Origin: Candidatus Woesearchaeota archaeon
GTDB lineage: Archaea > Nanobdellota > Nanobdellia > SCGC-AAA011-G17 > UBA489
Assembly: GCA_964390715.1 (NCBI GenBank)
Contig: CAYMIM010000016.1
Location: 1 to 59,735, forward strand
Reading direction: 5' to 3'
Length of the DNA: 59,735 bases
Within the stretch, counting starts at the first letter, position 1. Each line of letters begins with the position of its first letter. The position numbers and the translations under genes are program-made. The notes beneath the pieces are model-generated. The model searched no databases and was not told the DNA's origin. It saw nothing but the letters and a program-made list of their open reading frames with translations. Below, in pieces: positions 34,026-43,597 of this stretch.

Positions 34026-34323
34026 ACTGGGAACAGTCATTCTGGCAGAGGTACAATTTACTGATCTACCAGAAACCAAAATAAGACCTGCAGTGGTTCT
34101 TTTTGAAGAATATGGAAATGTAGTTGTGGCAGGCATCACTAGCAACATACACATGGAAGGTATTCCCCTGACAAAAGCAGAAGGCGCTGTTCAGGAGAGC
34201 ATCATTAAACTCAATTATATTTTTACCATTTCATCAGCTCTCGTGTATAAAGTGCTTTTTTCTTTATCACCTGAAAAGAAGAAATTGGTAGTTGACACGC
34301 TAACAAAAAAACTATCTGTTTGA
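34018..34323 (+). CDS. PemK/MazF-family toxin (endoribonuclease-like)
   Basis: GTVILAEVQFTDLPETKIRPAVVL...VVAGITSN matches the MazF/PemK N-terminal signature. GTG start. A hairpin (aatctat...atagatt, about 34341-34363) follows the stop. Confidence 0.6.
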   Translation: MHKLGTVILAEVQFTDLPETKIRPAVVLFEEYGNVVVAGITSNIHMEGIPLTKAEGAVQESIIKLNYIFTISSALVYKVLFSLSPEKKKLVVDTLTKKLSV

Positions 34324-34395
34324 TATCTTTCTATGCGTTACTAAATCTATTCTAGATGATAGATTCATAAAAGCTTCTTTTTGAACCTCATAAAC

Positions 34396-34403
34396 CTTAT
34401 AAA
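34396..34403 (+). promoter_or_regulatory. TATA box (CTTATAAA) for rfcS-rfcL-gtrA
   Basis: The centre lies about 26 nt upstream of ATG 34426. Confidence 0.5.
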
Positions 34404-34425
34404 TTGAACTTCTTTTTCTTCTTTC

Positions 34426-35394
34426 ATGCCAGAACATGAAGAACAGCATCAACTTTGGATCGAGAAGTATAGACCCCAAACTTTCGCTGAAGTAAAAGGT
34501 CATAAGGAAATTGTCAAAAGACTACAAGCATTTGTCGACCAGAAAAATATCCCTCACATTCTTCTTTCTGGACCTGCAGGCGTAGGTAAAACGACTTTGT
34601 CCTTAATTATCGCCAAAACGCTTTATGGAGATACCTGGCGCAGTAATTTTTTAGAGCTCAACGCGAGTGACGACAGGGGAATAGACGTCGTTAGAAATAC
34701 CATTAAAGATTTCGCGCGCACTAAAGCACTGGGGACAGACTTACCTAAGATTATCTATTTAGATGAATGTGACTCTCTGACCAAAGAAGCGCAGCAAGCA
34801 TTGCGTAGAACTATGGAGACTCATACCAGAACTGCTCGATTTATTTTAAGCTGCAACTTCTCGAGCAAGATTATTGACCCTATTCAGTCTCGATGCACTA
34901 TTTTCCGTTTCAAACCTTTGGCAAAAGAAGATGTAAAAACTATTATTGAACATATCGCGCAACGAGAAGGACTCAAAGTAGACGCAAAGGCCATGGAAGC
35001 TATAATTACTGTAACGAGAGGAGACGCTAGACGCGCAGAAAATATACTACAAAGCTGCAGTGTCATGAGCAAGTCTATTACTGAAAAATTAATCTATGAG
35101 ATCGTGAGCGCGGCACACCCTGAAGAAATGCAAGATGTTCTTCAGTTAGCTGTTCAAGGAGCATTTGTTCAGGCACGTGACCGATTATTGGATGTAATGT
35201 TGAAACATGGCATGTCTGGAGAAGAAGTCGTTAAACAGATCCAGGAAACAGTGTGGAAGCTTTCCATTTCTGATCAAGCAAAGATGCAGTTGATTGAAAA
35301 ATGCGGTGAAGCAGAGTTTCGCATGGTTGAAGGCAGTGATGAATTCGTCCAACTAGAAAGCCTTTTAGCGAGTTTTGTTCTGGCAAAAAAATGA
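34426..35394 (+). CDS. rfcS: Replication factor C small subunit
   Basis: W-x-EKYRP, GPAGVGKT, DECD, SRC motif (QSRC). The box CTTATAAA (34396-34403) lies 23 nt upstream of the ATG. Confidence 0.9.
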   Translation: MPEHEEQHQLWIEKYRPQTFAEVKGHKEIVKRLQAFVDQKNIPHILLSGPAGVGKTTLSLIIAKTLYGDTWRSNFLELNASDDRGIDVVRNTIKDFARTKALGTDLPKIIYLDECDSLTKEAQQALRRTMETHTRTARFILSCNFSSKIIDPIQSRCTIFRFKPLAKEDVKTIIEHIAQREGLKVDAKAMEAIITVTRGDARRAENILQSCSVMSKSITEKLIYEIVSAAHPEEMQDVLQLAVQGAFVQARDRLLDVMLKHGMSGEEVVKQIQETVWKLSISDQAKMQLIEKCGEAEFRMVEGSDEFVQLESLLASFVLAKK

Positions 35395-36575
35395 ACACTA
35401 TAGCCGCACCTTGGTTAGAGAAATATAAACCTACAACTGTTCAAGATATTCATGGACAAGAGCAAGCTTTAGCACGTTTACGACAAGCAGTCACAGCAAA
35501 AAAACCTGTACTTCTCTATGGACCTGTTGGTTCTGGTAAGACTTCAAGCGTGTATGCTTTGGCACAGGAATTAAATTATGAAATTATCGAGATCAATGCT
35601 TCTGACGTCCGCAATAAAGAAGCTATCAACACTGTCATTGGATCTTCACTAAATCAGATGAGCTTGTTTGGTCGAGGAAAAATTATTTTAGTCGATGAGG
35701 TTGATGGCATCGCGGGCAATAGTGATAGAGGAGGAGTACCTGCCCTTGTAGAATTGATTGGTAACGCGAAGCAAGCTGTTGTGATGACCGCGAACGATCC
35801 TTGGGATTCCAAATTTTCAGCTTTACGAAAAGCCAGCGTGGTTGTAGAATTTATCCCCATCTCTCTTCAAGCTACTGTTCAGCTTTTACAAACCATTGTG
35901 CGACAGGAAAAACTCGAAGTATCTGAAGAAGTGTTAAAAAAAATTGCACGAAAAGTCAATGGTGATCTACGCGCAGCTATTCTTGATCTCGAATCTTTAG
36001 CACAAGGCAAGAAAAACATTAGTATTGAAGATGTTGCTGTCCTTGATGATCGCCTTCGGGAACAACCTCTTACGGATGCTTTACGCTTTATCTTTAAAAG
36101 CACGAGACCGGAAGAAACTCTTACTGCTTTTGAACGTGTGGACGATGATTTACCAGAAGCTTTGTTATGGGTGGAAGAAAATATCCCCAGAGAATATGCT
36201 GGAGAAGATTTAGCGAGAGGTTTTGACGCATTAAGCAAAGCTTCACTCTTTTACGGCAGAATTATGCGATGGCAACATTGGCGCTTTTTAGTCTATATGA
36301 ACGCTTTTTTAACCGCAGGCATTAGTCTTGCCAAAAAAGAAAAAACTCCTGGTATTGTTGATTACAAGAGAAATTCACGCATCTTACGCTACTGGATGGC
36401 AAAACAGAAACGATTGAAATTACAAGGCATTATGCAGCAACTACCTGGAGAGCTGCATGGATCTTCTCGTGACTTGATGAAAGAGGTATTCCCTTATTTA
36501 CGATTGATGTTGAGAAAGAACAAACAAATGACTTTTGGACTGGCAAAAGAAGATATATCTTATCTGACGAAGTGA
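35391..36575 (+). CDS. rfcL: Replication factor C large subunit
   Basis: WLEKYKP, GPVGSGKT and DEVD are present. ATGA overlap with rfcS. Confidence 0.85.
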   Translation: MNTIAAPWLEKYKPTTVQDIHGQEQALARLRQAVTAKKPVLLYGPVGSGKTSSVYALAQELNYEIIEINASDVRNKEAINTVIGSSLNQMSLFGRGKIILVDEVDGIAGNSDRGGVPALVELIGNAKQAVVMTANDPWDSKFSALRKASVVVEFIPISLQATVQLLQTIVRQEKLEVSEEVLKKIARKVNGDLRAAILDLESLAQGKKNISIEDVAVLDDRLREQPLTDALRFIFKSTRPEETLTAFERVDDDLPEALLWVEENIPREYAGEDLARGFDALSKASLFYGRIMRWQHWRFLVYMNAFLTAGISLAKKEKTPGIVDYKRNSRILRYWMAKQKRLKLQGIMQQLPGELHGSSRDLMKEVFPYLRLMLRKNKQMTFGLAKEDISYLTK

Positions 36576-36579
36576 CCGC

Positions 36580-36972
36580 ATGAAAATTGTTTCTGAACTT
36601 GGACGATCTATTCTTGTTGGCGTTATGGGAACTGTGTTGAATCTCGTTTTATTGTACTTTTTTAAAGAATATCTGGCAGCCTATTACCTTTTTGGTGCGA
36701 CGCTTGCAAATACGGTAACAATGTTCTCTATTTTCATTGCCGATCGTTGTTACACCTTTAAACATGGTAGTGGCAAGATCCAGATCCAATTTATGAAATA
36801 TCTTGGTGTTTATCTGCTAAGCAATGCAAGCAGTGTTGGGCTTCTAGCATTTTTTGTTGAAGTGTTTGGCTGGTATTATTTAGTTGCACAGGCGATAGCC
36901 ACTACACTTGTGAGCTTTATGACGTTTCTTGTCCTCAAATACTGGATTTTTCGCTCGTATGTGTGGCGATAA
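36580..36972 (+). CDS. GtrA-family membrane protein
   Basis: It has four TM segments, about 130 aa, and the motif ending KYWIF, typical of GtrA-like proteins. Confidence 0.6.
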   Translation: MKIVSELGRSILVGVMGTVLNLVLLYFFKEYLAAYYLFGATLANTVTMFSIFIADRCYTFKHGSGKIQIQFMKYLGVYLLSNASSVGLLAFFVEVFGWYYLVAQAIATTLVSFMTFLVLKYWIFRSYVWR

Positions 36973-37033
36973 AAGATTAGAGCAACATTTATAAATCATT
37001 ATTTGTGGGAAGTAGCATCAGGGGGAACATCAA

Positions 37034-37321
37034 ATGCAAATTAGCGAGCTTAAAGCAAGACAAGGTAAAGTTGAACTAGAGGCAGAAATCACACAGAAAG
37101 GAGAAGTCCGCACGTTTGACAAATTTGGCAAGCAGGGACGCGTGTGCAATGCTACTATCAAAGACGCTTCTGGTGAAATGAAACTTACTTTATGGAACGA
37201 TGAAATAGATATGGTCAATGTCGGCGACAAGATAAAAATCAGCAATGGCTATGTCAATGAATTTCAGGGAGAAAAACAACTCACCGCAGGACGCTTTGGC
37301 AAACTAGAGATACTCAAATAA
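37034..37321 (+). CDS. Single OB-fold ssDNA-binding protein (short RPA/SSB-like)
   Basis: GKVELEAEI...RVCNATIKDASGEMKLTLWNDEID...GDKIKISNGYVNEFQGEKQL has the OB-fold pattern of archaeal short RPAs. Confidence 0.6.
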   Translation: MQISELKARQGKVELEAEITQKGEVRTFDKFGKQGRVCNATIKDASGEMKLTLWNDEIDMVNVGDKIKISNGYVNEFQGEKQLTAGRFGKLEILK

Positions 37322-38347
37322 TTATTCTTCTTTTTCTTCTGTTGTCGCTTTCGTAAAGCGCTCTATTTTTGCTGTAGCCATAAGCTCTTTCAAGTATTTG
37401 TTCGCGCTTTCCTTGTTCTTTTCATCCTGCAAGAACTTACGAATATCCTCTTTAGCCTCAGTTAAAGACAACTTTCCCGCCTTTTTCTTCTCATGCACAA
37501 CGATGACATGGTAACCGAACTGCGATTTGACCGGTTCAGAAAATTCACCGACTTCTAACGTGAAAGCCGCCTTTTCAAATTCAGGAACCATAGCTCCTTT
37601 ACCAAATAATCCTAAGTTTCCGCCGTTCGTCTTCGCTGAAGGGTCAATTGATTTTTCTTTCGCTAGCTTAGCGAAGTCTTCACCGTCGTTTAGACGCTTG
37701 AGAACGTCTTTTGCCTCCGCTTCGGTAGCTACTAAAATATGTGAAGCATTAACCTGCTCTTCTGTTACCAATGACGCCTCATTCTCTTCATAGAAGGTCT
37801 GAATTTGCTCATCAGTGATAACTGTTTTCACTTGGTTTTTAGCAAGTAGGTTTGTAATTATAAGTTGTTCTTTTATCTGCTCTCTGAATTCTTTTTCTGT
37901 AATCTGCATTTTTTCCAAGAGAGGATCGATAGACTGCCCGATTAATTGCTCCAAATCAGCAATATATTTGTCAACCGCCGCGTCATCAACACTCATTTTT
38001 TGTTTTTTCGCTTCCTGTAACAGCAACTTCTTTGTGATTAGCTGTTCAAGCACTTGATCTTCTGTGAGTGGGAATCCCTGTTGTTGGGCTTGGGCGTTGA
38101 GCTTCGCTACGTCGCTGGCATATACTGGCTCGCCGTTGACTTTTGCCTTGATTGTTTGATCCATAGTGTTTTCTCCTTTGCCGACCAAAAGCCATAACAA
38201 TCCTGCTGCAAGAATAACTATGATTGCAACAACAATAATTGTTTTTTTCTTTGAAGATTTTCTTATGTGTGTAGTATCATGATGTAATAGCTGCTTTTCT
38301 ACAGTTTTACCAGCATGCACTGATTTTGTCTTTGCACCTTTTTTCAT
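37322..38347 (-). CDS. Membrane-anchored parvulin-type peptidyl-prolyl isomerase (PrsA/SurA-like)
   Basis: It has an N-terminal TM and a PpiC domain ASHILV...GGNLGLFGKGAMVPEFEKAAF...SQFGYHVI. ATG 38347; the track start is TTG. Confidence 0.8.
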   Translation of the reverse strand: MKKGAKTKSVHAGKTVEKQLLHHDTTHIRKSSKKKTIIVVAIIVILAAGLLWLLVGKGENTMDQTIKAKVNGEPVYASDVAKLNAQAQQQGFPLTEDQVLEQLITKKLLLQEAKKQKMSVDDAAVDKYIADLEQLIGQSIDPLLEKMQITEKEFREQIKEQLIITNLLAKNQVKTVITDEQIQTFYEENEASLVTEEQVNASHILVATEAEAKDVLKRLNDGEDFAKLAKEKSIDPSAKTNGGNLGLFGKGAMVPEFEKAAFTLEVGEFSEPVKSQFGYHVIVVHEKKKAGKLSLTEAKEDIRKFLQDEKNKESANKYLKELMATAKIERFTKATTEEKEE

Positions 38348-38362
38348 TCCTTGAGGCAAACC

Positions 38363-38370
38363 TTTATATC
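38363..38370 (+). promoter_or_regulatory. TATA box (TTTATATC) for HerA-like ATPase
   Basis: The centre lies about 26 nt upstream of ATG 38393. Confidence 0.45.
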
Positions 38371-38392
38371 TTTAAAAAGGTTTCCATTCTCC

Positions 38393-39709
38393 ATGGGGAA
38401 CAAGATTATCATCGGCAGAAATGAAGCAGATAAAAAAGAGTTTGGCGAAGCAGGCACTGTTTATCTGGGAAAATTATTTGTCAATATGGGGCAGACGACT
38501 GCTTTGAGCAACGAGATTTATTTGGATGTTGTGCGGACACATGTCATGTTAATTAGCGGCAAACGTGGCGGAGGAAAAAGTTATTCAGCTTCTGTGATCG
38601 CAGAAGAAATGTCTCGACTGCCTGATGATATTAAGAAAAATATTACTGTTTTATTTTTTGATACTATGGGTGTGTTCTGGACGATGAAATATCCCAATAC
38701 TCGACAAGAAGACTTATTGATACAGTGGGGATTGACTGCTGAAGGGATAAATATTATACTCTATACACCTAAAGGTTATTTTCAACAACAAAAAGAAAAA
38801 GGTATTCCAGTAGATTTTTCATTCGCTCTTAAAACTAGCGAATTAAATGCTGGCGACTGGTGTAATGTCTTCGATATTAAATTAACTGATCCTTTAGGCA
38901 TTCTTATAGAAAGAACTTTAGATATTGCGCAAAAACAAAAAAAGGAATATGATATTCAAGATATTATTAATGTTATTTCCAATGACACCAAAAGCAAAAA
39001 AGAAGATCGAAATGGCGCAGAAATACGTTTTTTAGCAGCAAATAAATGGGGACTTTTTGCTCGCGATGGAACAACAATAGAACAATTACTTCAACCAGGT
39101 AGTGTGAATGTCATCGATATCAGTGTTTATACAAATACTGCTGGTAACTGGGGCATTAAAAATTTAGTTATAGGTTTAGTTTCAAGAAAAATATTTGAAG
39201 AACGCATGAAGGCGCGTAAAATAGAAGAAATTGTAGACATTCAAAAACATAAAAGTTATTTCTCCGAAGACGAAGCACAAGGAACTCCAATGGTATGGAT
39301 TATGATTGATGAAGCCCATGAAGCATTGCCCAGAGTTGGCAAGACACCCGCGACTGATGCTCTCGTGCAATTATTACGTGAAGGACGACAGCCAGGCATC
39401 TCTCTCTGTTTAGTCACGCAGCAACCTGGAGAAATCCATCATGATGTCATGACGCAGGCAGATATTGTCTTAAGCCATAGACTGACTGCCAAGCGAGACA
39501 TTGAAGCGTTGAACAGCATGATGCAAAGCTATTTAGTAACTGATTTACAAGAATACTTGAACACGCTACCGAGAGACAAAGGAGCCGCTATTTTATTAGA
39601 TGATAATTCTGAAAGAATTTACCCTATGCGCGTGCATCCCAAAAGAAGCTGGCATGGTGGAGACGCTCCTGCCGCGATTAAAACGAAGAAAAAGATTCTA
39701 GAATTTTAA
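38393..39709 (+). CDS. HerA/DUF87-like P-loop ATPase
   Basis: Walker A is SGKRGGGKS and Walker B is VWIMIDEAHE. There is a FtsK/HerA-type C-terminal arginine region. ATG 38393 is 23 nt downstream of TTTATATC (38363-38370); the track start is TTG 38351. Confidence 0.7.
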   Translation: MGNKIIIGRNEADKKEFGEAGTVYLGKLFVNMGQTTALSNEIYLDVVRTHVMLISGKRGGGKSYSASVIAEEMSRLPDDIKKNITVLFFDTMGVFWTMKYPNTRQEDLLIQWGLTAEGINIILYTPKGYFQQQKEKGIPVDFSFALKTSELNAGDWCNVFDIKLTDPLGILIERTLDIAQKQKKEYDIQDIINVISNDTKSKKEDRNGAEIRFLAANKWGLFARDGTTIEQLLQPGSVNVIDISVYTNTAGNWGIKNLVIGLVSRKIFEERMKARKIEEIVDIQKHKSYFSEDEAQGTPMVWIMIDEAHEALPRVGKTPATDALVQLLREGRQPGISLCLVTQQPGEIHHDVMTQADIVLSHRLTAKRDIEALNSMMQSYLVTDLQEYLNTLPRDKGAAILLDDNSERIYPMRVHPKRSWHGGDAPAAIKTKKKILEF

Positions 39710-39878
39710 TACTCTTGATCTTCCGCTTCTTTTTTCGCAATATTTAAGCAATTTTTCAGAAATTATGCGACTGAACTCTCCTTATTTTCGAGATTTTACC
39801 AGTAAAGTAGTTAAAAGTTGCAACATCTACTCTGCTATGGAAAAGTTTATAACTAGTACATGCTTCATGCAGAATGCA

Positions 39879-40112
39879 ATGATTGTCGAATTAAGCAAAG
39901 GTCGGCAGATTACTATCCCTGCTGAGATTCGGGAGCAATTAAACCTGAAAATAGGATCAAAATTAGAGATAACTAGAAGAAAAGATGAGATTATTTTAAA
40001 ACCCTTGGGAGAAGGTCTAGAAAAATTATTTACTGAGGCCAAAACCTTAAAACCAAAACATAATCTTAGCCCTCAACAAATGGATGAGTTGAACGAGGGA
40101 ATGTTTCGATGA
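39879..40112 (+). CDS. vapB: AbrB/SpoVT-family antitoxin (VapB-like)
   Basis: MIVELSKGRQITIPAEIREQLNLKIGSKLEI is a swapped-hairpin barrel motif. The start is uncertain (ATG 39867 or 39879); TTTATAAC at about 39846-39853 favours 39879. Confidence 0.6.
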   Translation: MIVELSKGRQITIPAEIREQLNLKIGSKLEITRRKDEIILKPLGEGLEKLFTEAKTLKPKHNLSPQQMDELNEGMFR

Positions 40113-40480
40113 AATTTCTTGATAGCAATGTTCTCGCTTACGCTTTTTATAGTAATGAACATACGCAACGGTGTCAAGAGATTATTCGTGAAGGGGGATT
40201 AATTAATACAGCGAATTTAGTTGAAACCTATAATATTCTTCAATTTGAAACAAGTGCTGAACGCGCTACGGCCGCTATCAAAGAGCTTCTCAAATCTAAT
40301 TTAAAAGTTGTAGACTTAGATATTAATCTTGTTTTTGAAGCGCTCAAAAGAACCGCGAAACATCAACAATTAAAGTTTATGGATTTAATTCATTATGTTA
40401 CTAGTCTTCTTTATAATTGCAGCGAAATCATCAGTTTTGATAAAGATTTTGATAATTTAGAAATTCCTCGAACTACTTAA
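40109..40480 (+). CDS. vapC: PIN-domain toxin VapC
   Basis: MKFLDSNVL supplies the first acidic residue, with further D and E positions downstream. ATGA overlap with vapB. Confidence 0.7.
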   Translation: MKFLDSNVLAYAFYSNEHTQRCQEIIREGGLINTANLVETYNILQFETSAERATAAIKELLKSNLKVVDLDINLVFEALKRTAKHQQLKFMDLIHYVTSLLYNCSEIISFDKDFDNLEIPRTT

Positions 40481-41277
40481 ACAGTCAATTCCAAACAAAT
40501 TCTAGAAACACCAGGGCTATATTTTCCACATTCCACGAGCATTACTTTCTTGAAGCGTCGTTGATATGCTTTTTTCACTGCCGCGAAATCATCTTCCGCC
40601 GCGAACAGATACAAATATATTTTTCCTTTTGGTTTTAGTTTAGTCAGAGCTAAATCGAGAAAGTCTTCAGCTTTTTTTGGGAGAGGCAATACTATTTTGT
40701 CAAATTTCTCTTTCAACTTGGGAACTATTTTTTTGACATCTCCCTGCAACAGCTTAACATTGTTTAGTTTATTGATTCTCACGTTTTGTACCGCATACTT
40801 ATGTGCCTGCTTATTGACTTCTATACCATAGACTACTGAAGATTTGCTGTTTTTTGCTATAACACAAGGGAAGGGAGCGACTCCAGAAAACAGCACTAAT
40901 ACCTTATCTCCTTTCTTTACTTGTTTAGCGACACGCAGGCGCTCTGTCGCTGTTCTTGTTGAAAAATAACACGTTTCTACATTCAATCGTAGGCTAACAG
41001 CATTTTCCCGATGGAGAGTTTCTTTTGTTTTCTCTCCCGCTATAATTATAATCTTAGGTGTTCGATATTTTCCCGCGTATCTTCCTGTTTTTTTCGCGAC
41101 TGTTTTAATTTGAGGATGCAACCGCATTAAAGCTTGCGCAATTATTTTTTCTTTTTTCTTCAGCGCTTTAGGAAATTCATTGAAGATAGCTATACTGCCG
41201 ACCATATCGAATGCTCGTGGCACTACTTCTACTTCCTTTTTACTTAATTTTTTTCTCAGTGTTTCGGCGAGTTTCAT
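40477..41277 (-). CDS. trm5: Trm5/Met-10+ family SAM-dependent tRNA methyltransferase
   Basis: FDMVGSIAIF...ETCYFSTRTATER...VLVLFSGVAPFP is typical of tRNA (m1G37) methyltransferase Trm5/Taw22. ATG 41277. Confidence 0.7.
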   Translation of the reverse strand: MKLAETLRKKLSKKEVEVVPRAFDMVGSIAIFNEFPKALKKKEKIIAQALMRLHPQIKTVAKKTGRYAGKYRTPKIIIIAGEKTKETLHRENAVSLRLNVETCYFSTRTATERLRVAKQVKKGDKVLVLFSGVAPFPCVIAKNSKSSVVYGIEVNKQAHKYAVQNVRINKLNNVKLLQGDVKKIVPKLKEKFDKIVLPLPKKAEDFLDLALTKLKPKGKIYLYLFAAEDDFAAVKKAYQRRFKKVMLVECGKYSPGVSRICLELTV

Positions 41278-41278
41278 G

Positions 41279-42169
41279 TTATAAGACAATTAAATATGTG
41301 GCAATGACCATTAAAAGAGATGCAATTATTTTTTGTGGCATCTTATGCTCGTGAAATAGTTCTCCGCCTATAAAGACTACGATTAATGTAGATAAAGAAG
41401 ATAGTGTCACTACTAAAGACACTGGACCGTCTTGGAGAGCAAGATAATAAATGACGTTGGCAGCAATATTAAAGAGCGCAGTAGCCACAATGGGTAAGCA
41501 CCTGTGTTTGAGCGCATGACGCAATCCCTGAGCACTTTTTCTTTTGCAGGACAAGAGCACTATAAAATTCAGAGCCATGCCTACTCGCGTGATAAAAAAG
41601 AGCGTTGTCGGAGCTACCGGATCTATGGGCACTCTAAGAAGTTCAGGGTTTAAGGCTATTTTCTCGAAGATAACGATAACACTAGCGGCCAGAAGCGCCA
41701 TGAAAGTGTACGCTATATACTTTGTTTTGAATTTCTTGACGACTTTTCTGATATGTGTTAGTTTTACTCCCAGCTCTATAATGTAAGAACCCGCGATCAT
41801 GAAGATTATACCTATCCAATTTTTCAAAGTAACATTTTCATTAAGGACAAGCACACTCAAGAGCACGATCAAGACCAATGAGAGATTCATTAATGGAGTT
41901 ACTTCTGAAGATTCTAAATGTTTGAATGACCGCGCAATAAAAACGAAGAAGACTGTCAAGAGGAGAGAAATGAGATATAACCAGAGCCATGTTCCTGTTG
42001 AGAGGTGGAAAGAGCTATTGTTCGCCAGAGGAAAAGAAAAGACTACTGTACAGATAGCCATAATAGTCAAATATTCCCAAATGTGTTCTCTATGGATGGT
42101 TTTATGGAAGAGCAGGAAGTAAATAGCATACAGCACCGCGGAAGCTAAAGCATAGAAGACCCAAGTCAC
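41279..42169 (-). CDS. EamA/DMT-family transporter
   Basis: It has ten predicted TM segments in two EamA-like halves. GTG start overlaps the fen stop (GTGA). Confidence 0.65.
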   Translation of the reverse strand: MTWVFYALASAVLYAIYFLLFHKTIHREHIWEYLTIMAICTVVFSFPLANNSSFHLSTGTWLWLYLISLLLTVFFVFIARSFKHLESSEVTPLMNLSLVLIVLLSVLVLNENVTLKNWIGIIFMIAGSYIIELGVKLTHIRKVVKKFKTKYIAYTFMALLAASVIVIFEKIALNPELLRVPIDPVAPTTLFFITRVGMALNFIVLLSCKRKSAQGLRHALKHRCLPIVATALFNIAANVIYYLALQDGPVSLVVTLSSLSTLIVVFIGGELFHEHKMPQKIIASLLMVIATYLIVL

Positions 42170-43182
42170 TTGAAGAAGTCACCTAATCCTTTTTGCTCTT
42201 TTTTCTTTGTACTTTCATGTAATTTTTCCAAGGTCGCATCGACACGTTCTGGAGAGAATTCATGACGCTCTACTAAAATTTCCTTAATTTTTTCTGGATC
42301 TGGCTTGTTCCACTGGAGCTTGTAGTCTTTTGTTGTTGGCATTTTTTTAAATAAGTCCATAATTTCTTTCCAATCAAAATCCGCCTCTACCTCATTGAAG
42401 AGCTGGTCGAAAGACTTGTGTTGTTTCACTAGCTTTAACGCAGTTTTTGGACCTACTCGATTGACGCCTGGATGATAATCTGTTCCCACGAGGATAGCGA
42501 TAGCAATCAATTGGTCGTGCGTGATGTCCAATGCTTTCAAGACTTCTTGCAATTCTATCAATTCTGGTGTGATTTTGACGTATGTGCCATTAGGCAATTT
42601 TCTTCGTTGTGACAAGGTGAGATTTGTGATGGATCTGGGACAGCCATGCAATAACACATCAACGTCTGAAGTTGCTGCCGCATAGACTTCTTCTCTTTGG
42701 ACCATAACTGCAATTTGCGCGTCTGATTCAGAGGGAGCTTGAATAACTGGCAGACCCATCGCTTCCATGAGTTCTTTTGCTTCCGTGATCATCTCTTTAC
42801 TTAATTTAGTTGTCTGCTTCGCATATTTCGCCATGGATTGGATATCTTCATCTTGTTGCGCTTGCTTGAATTTTTCTTCAGCTAATTCTTTTCTGTGCGC
42901 GCGTTGCTCTTGTTCTTTGATCTTCAAGATAGGAGCTTTTCCATCTAGGATTATAGCTAATTGGATATTTCTCTGCATTAAATTTGTGAAACGAGTCCAG
43001 ATACCCATCAGGTGGCTGGTCGTTCTTCCCTTGCTATCCATGAGTGGAGTACCATCTGGCTGTCTAATAGAGGATAAAAATTGGTAAGCACTGTTAGAGA
43101 AGTCTATGGCTATTTTTTTTCCTTCTAACGCCTCAAACTTGATTTCCTTTCTTGGAATAATGTCTCGGAGATTAACACCCAT
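42166..43182 (-). CDS. fen: Flap endonuclease 1
   Basis: It has the XPG-N segment MGVNLRDII...IAIDFSNSAYQFL and an XPG-I region with acidic residues. An H3TH motif (GTDY) and a C-terminal PIP-like GLGDFF are also present. Confidence 0.9.
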   Translation of the reverse strand: MGVNLRDIIPRKEIKFEALEGKKIAIDFSNSAYQFLSSIRQPDGTPLMDSKGRTTSHLMGIWTRFTNLMQRNIQLAIILDGKAPILKIKEQEQRAHRKELAEEKFKQAQQDEDIQSMAKYAKQTTKLSKEMITEAKELMEAMGLPVIQAPSESDAQIAVMVQREEVYAAATSDVDVLLHGCPRSITNLTLSQRRKLPNGTYVKITPELIELQEVLKALDITHDQLIAIAILVGTDYHPGVNRVGPKTALKLVKQHKSFDQLFNEVEADFDWKEIMDLFKKMPTTKDYKLQWNKPDPEKIKEILVERHEFSPERVDATLEKLHESTKKKEQKGLGDFFK

Positions 43183-43185
43183 GTT

Positions 43186-43596
43186 TTATTTCAACCTTTC
43201 TTTGATTATTGCTTTTAACTTTGCTATTATCTCAACAACATCCTTTACCCTTCTTTCTGCATAATCTTCAGTGACAAAAAAACCGTCATACGCGATCTTA
43301 TTTCTCACAACTCTCAAGTCATCTATAATCATTATTTCTTGTTGATTACATTGTTTATAATTTGCTTGTAAATATTCAATTAGCTTCTTGTGCGCTCCTT
43401 CTCCCAAAGTTTTGTATCCGTCCATGAGCAGAATAATGCTTATCAATTCTCTAATGATATCATAGTATTCTTTTATAATGTTTGAAGGAAATTTTCTTCG
43501 GTCTATAGTTTTGACCATTTCTATACTGGTCTCCACCATTTTAAGCATTGATTTTGCCTTTTCCCTGTCTGACGTTATTTTTATTATTCCTTCCAT
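43186..43596 (-). CDS. HEPN-domain protein (toxin of MNT-HEPN pair)
   Basis: It has an R-x4-H-like motif region (RVVRNKIAYDG) and is about 135 aa. It lies 1 nt after the nucleotidyltransferase gene. Confidence 0.6.
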   Translation of the reverse strand: MEGIIKITSDREKAKSMLKMVETSIEMVKTIDRRKFPSNIIKEYYDIIRELISIILLMDGYKTLGEGAHKKLIEYLQANYKQCNQQEIMIIDDLRVVRNKIAYDGFFVTEDYAERRVKDVVEIIAKLKAIIKERLK

Positions 43597-43597
43597 T

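Noticed and set aside
35654-36238. Minus-strand ORFs 35654..35860 and 35879..36238 inside rfcL
   Set aside because: They are antisense to a strongly supported RFC large-subunit CDS, and their Ser/Arg-rich translations are typical shadows.
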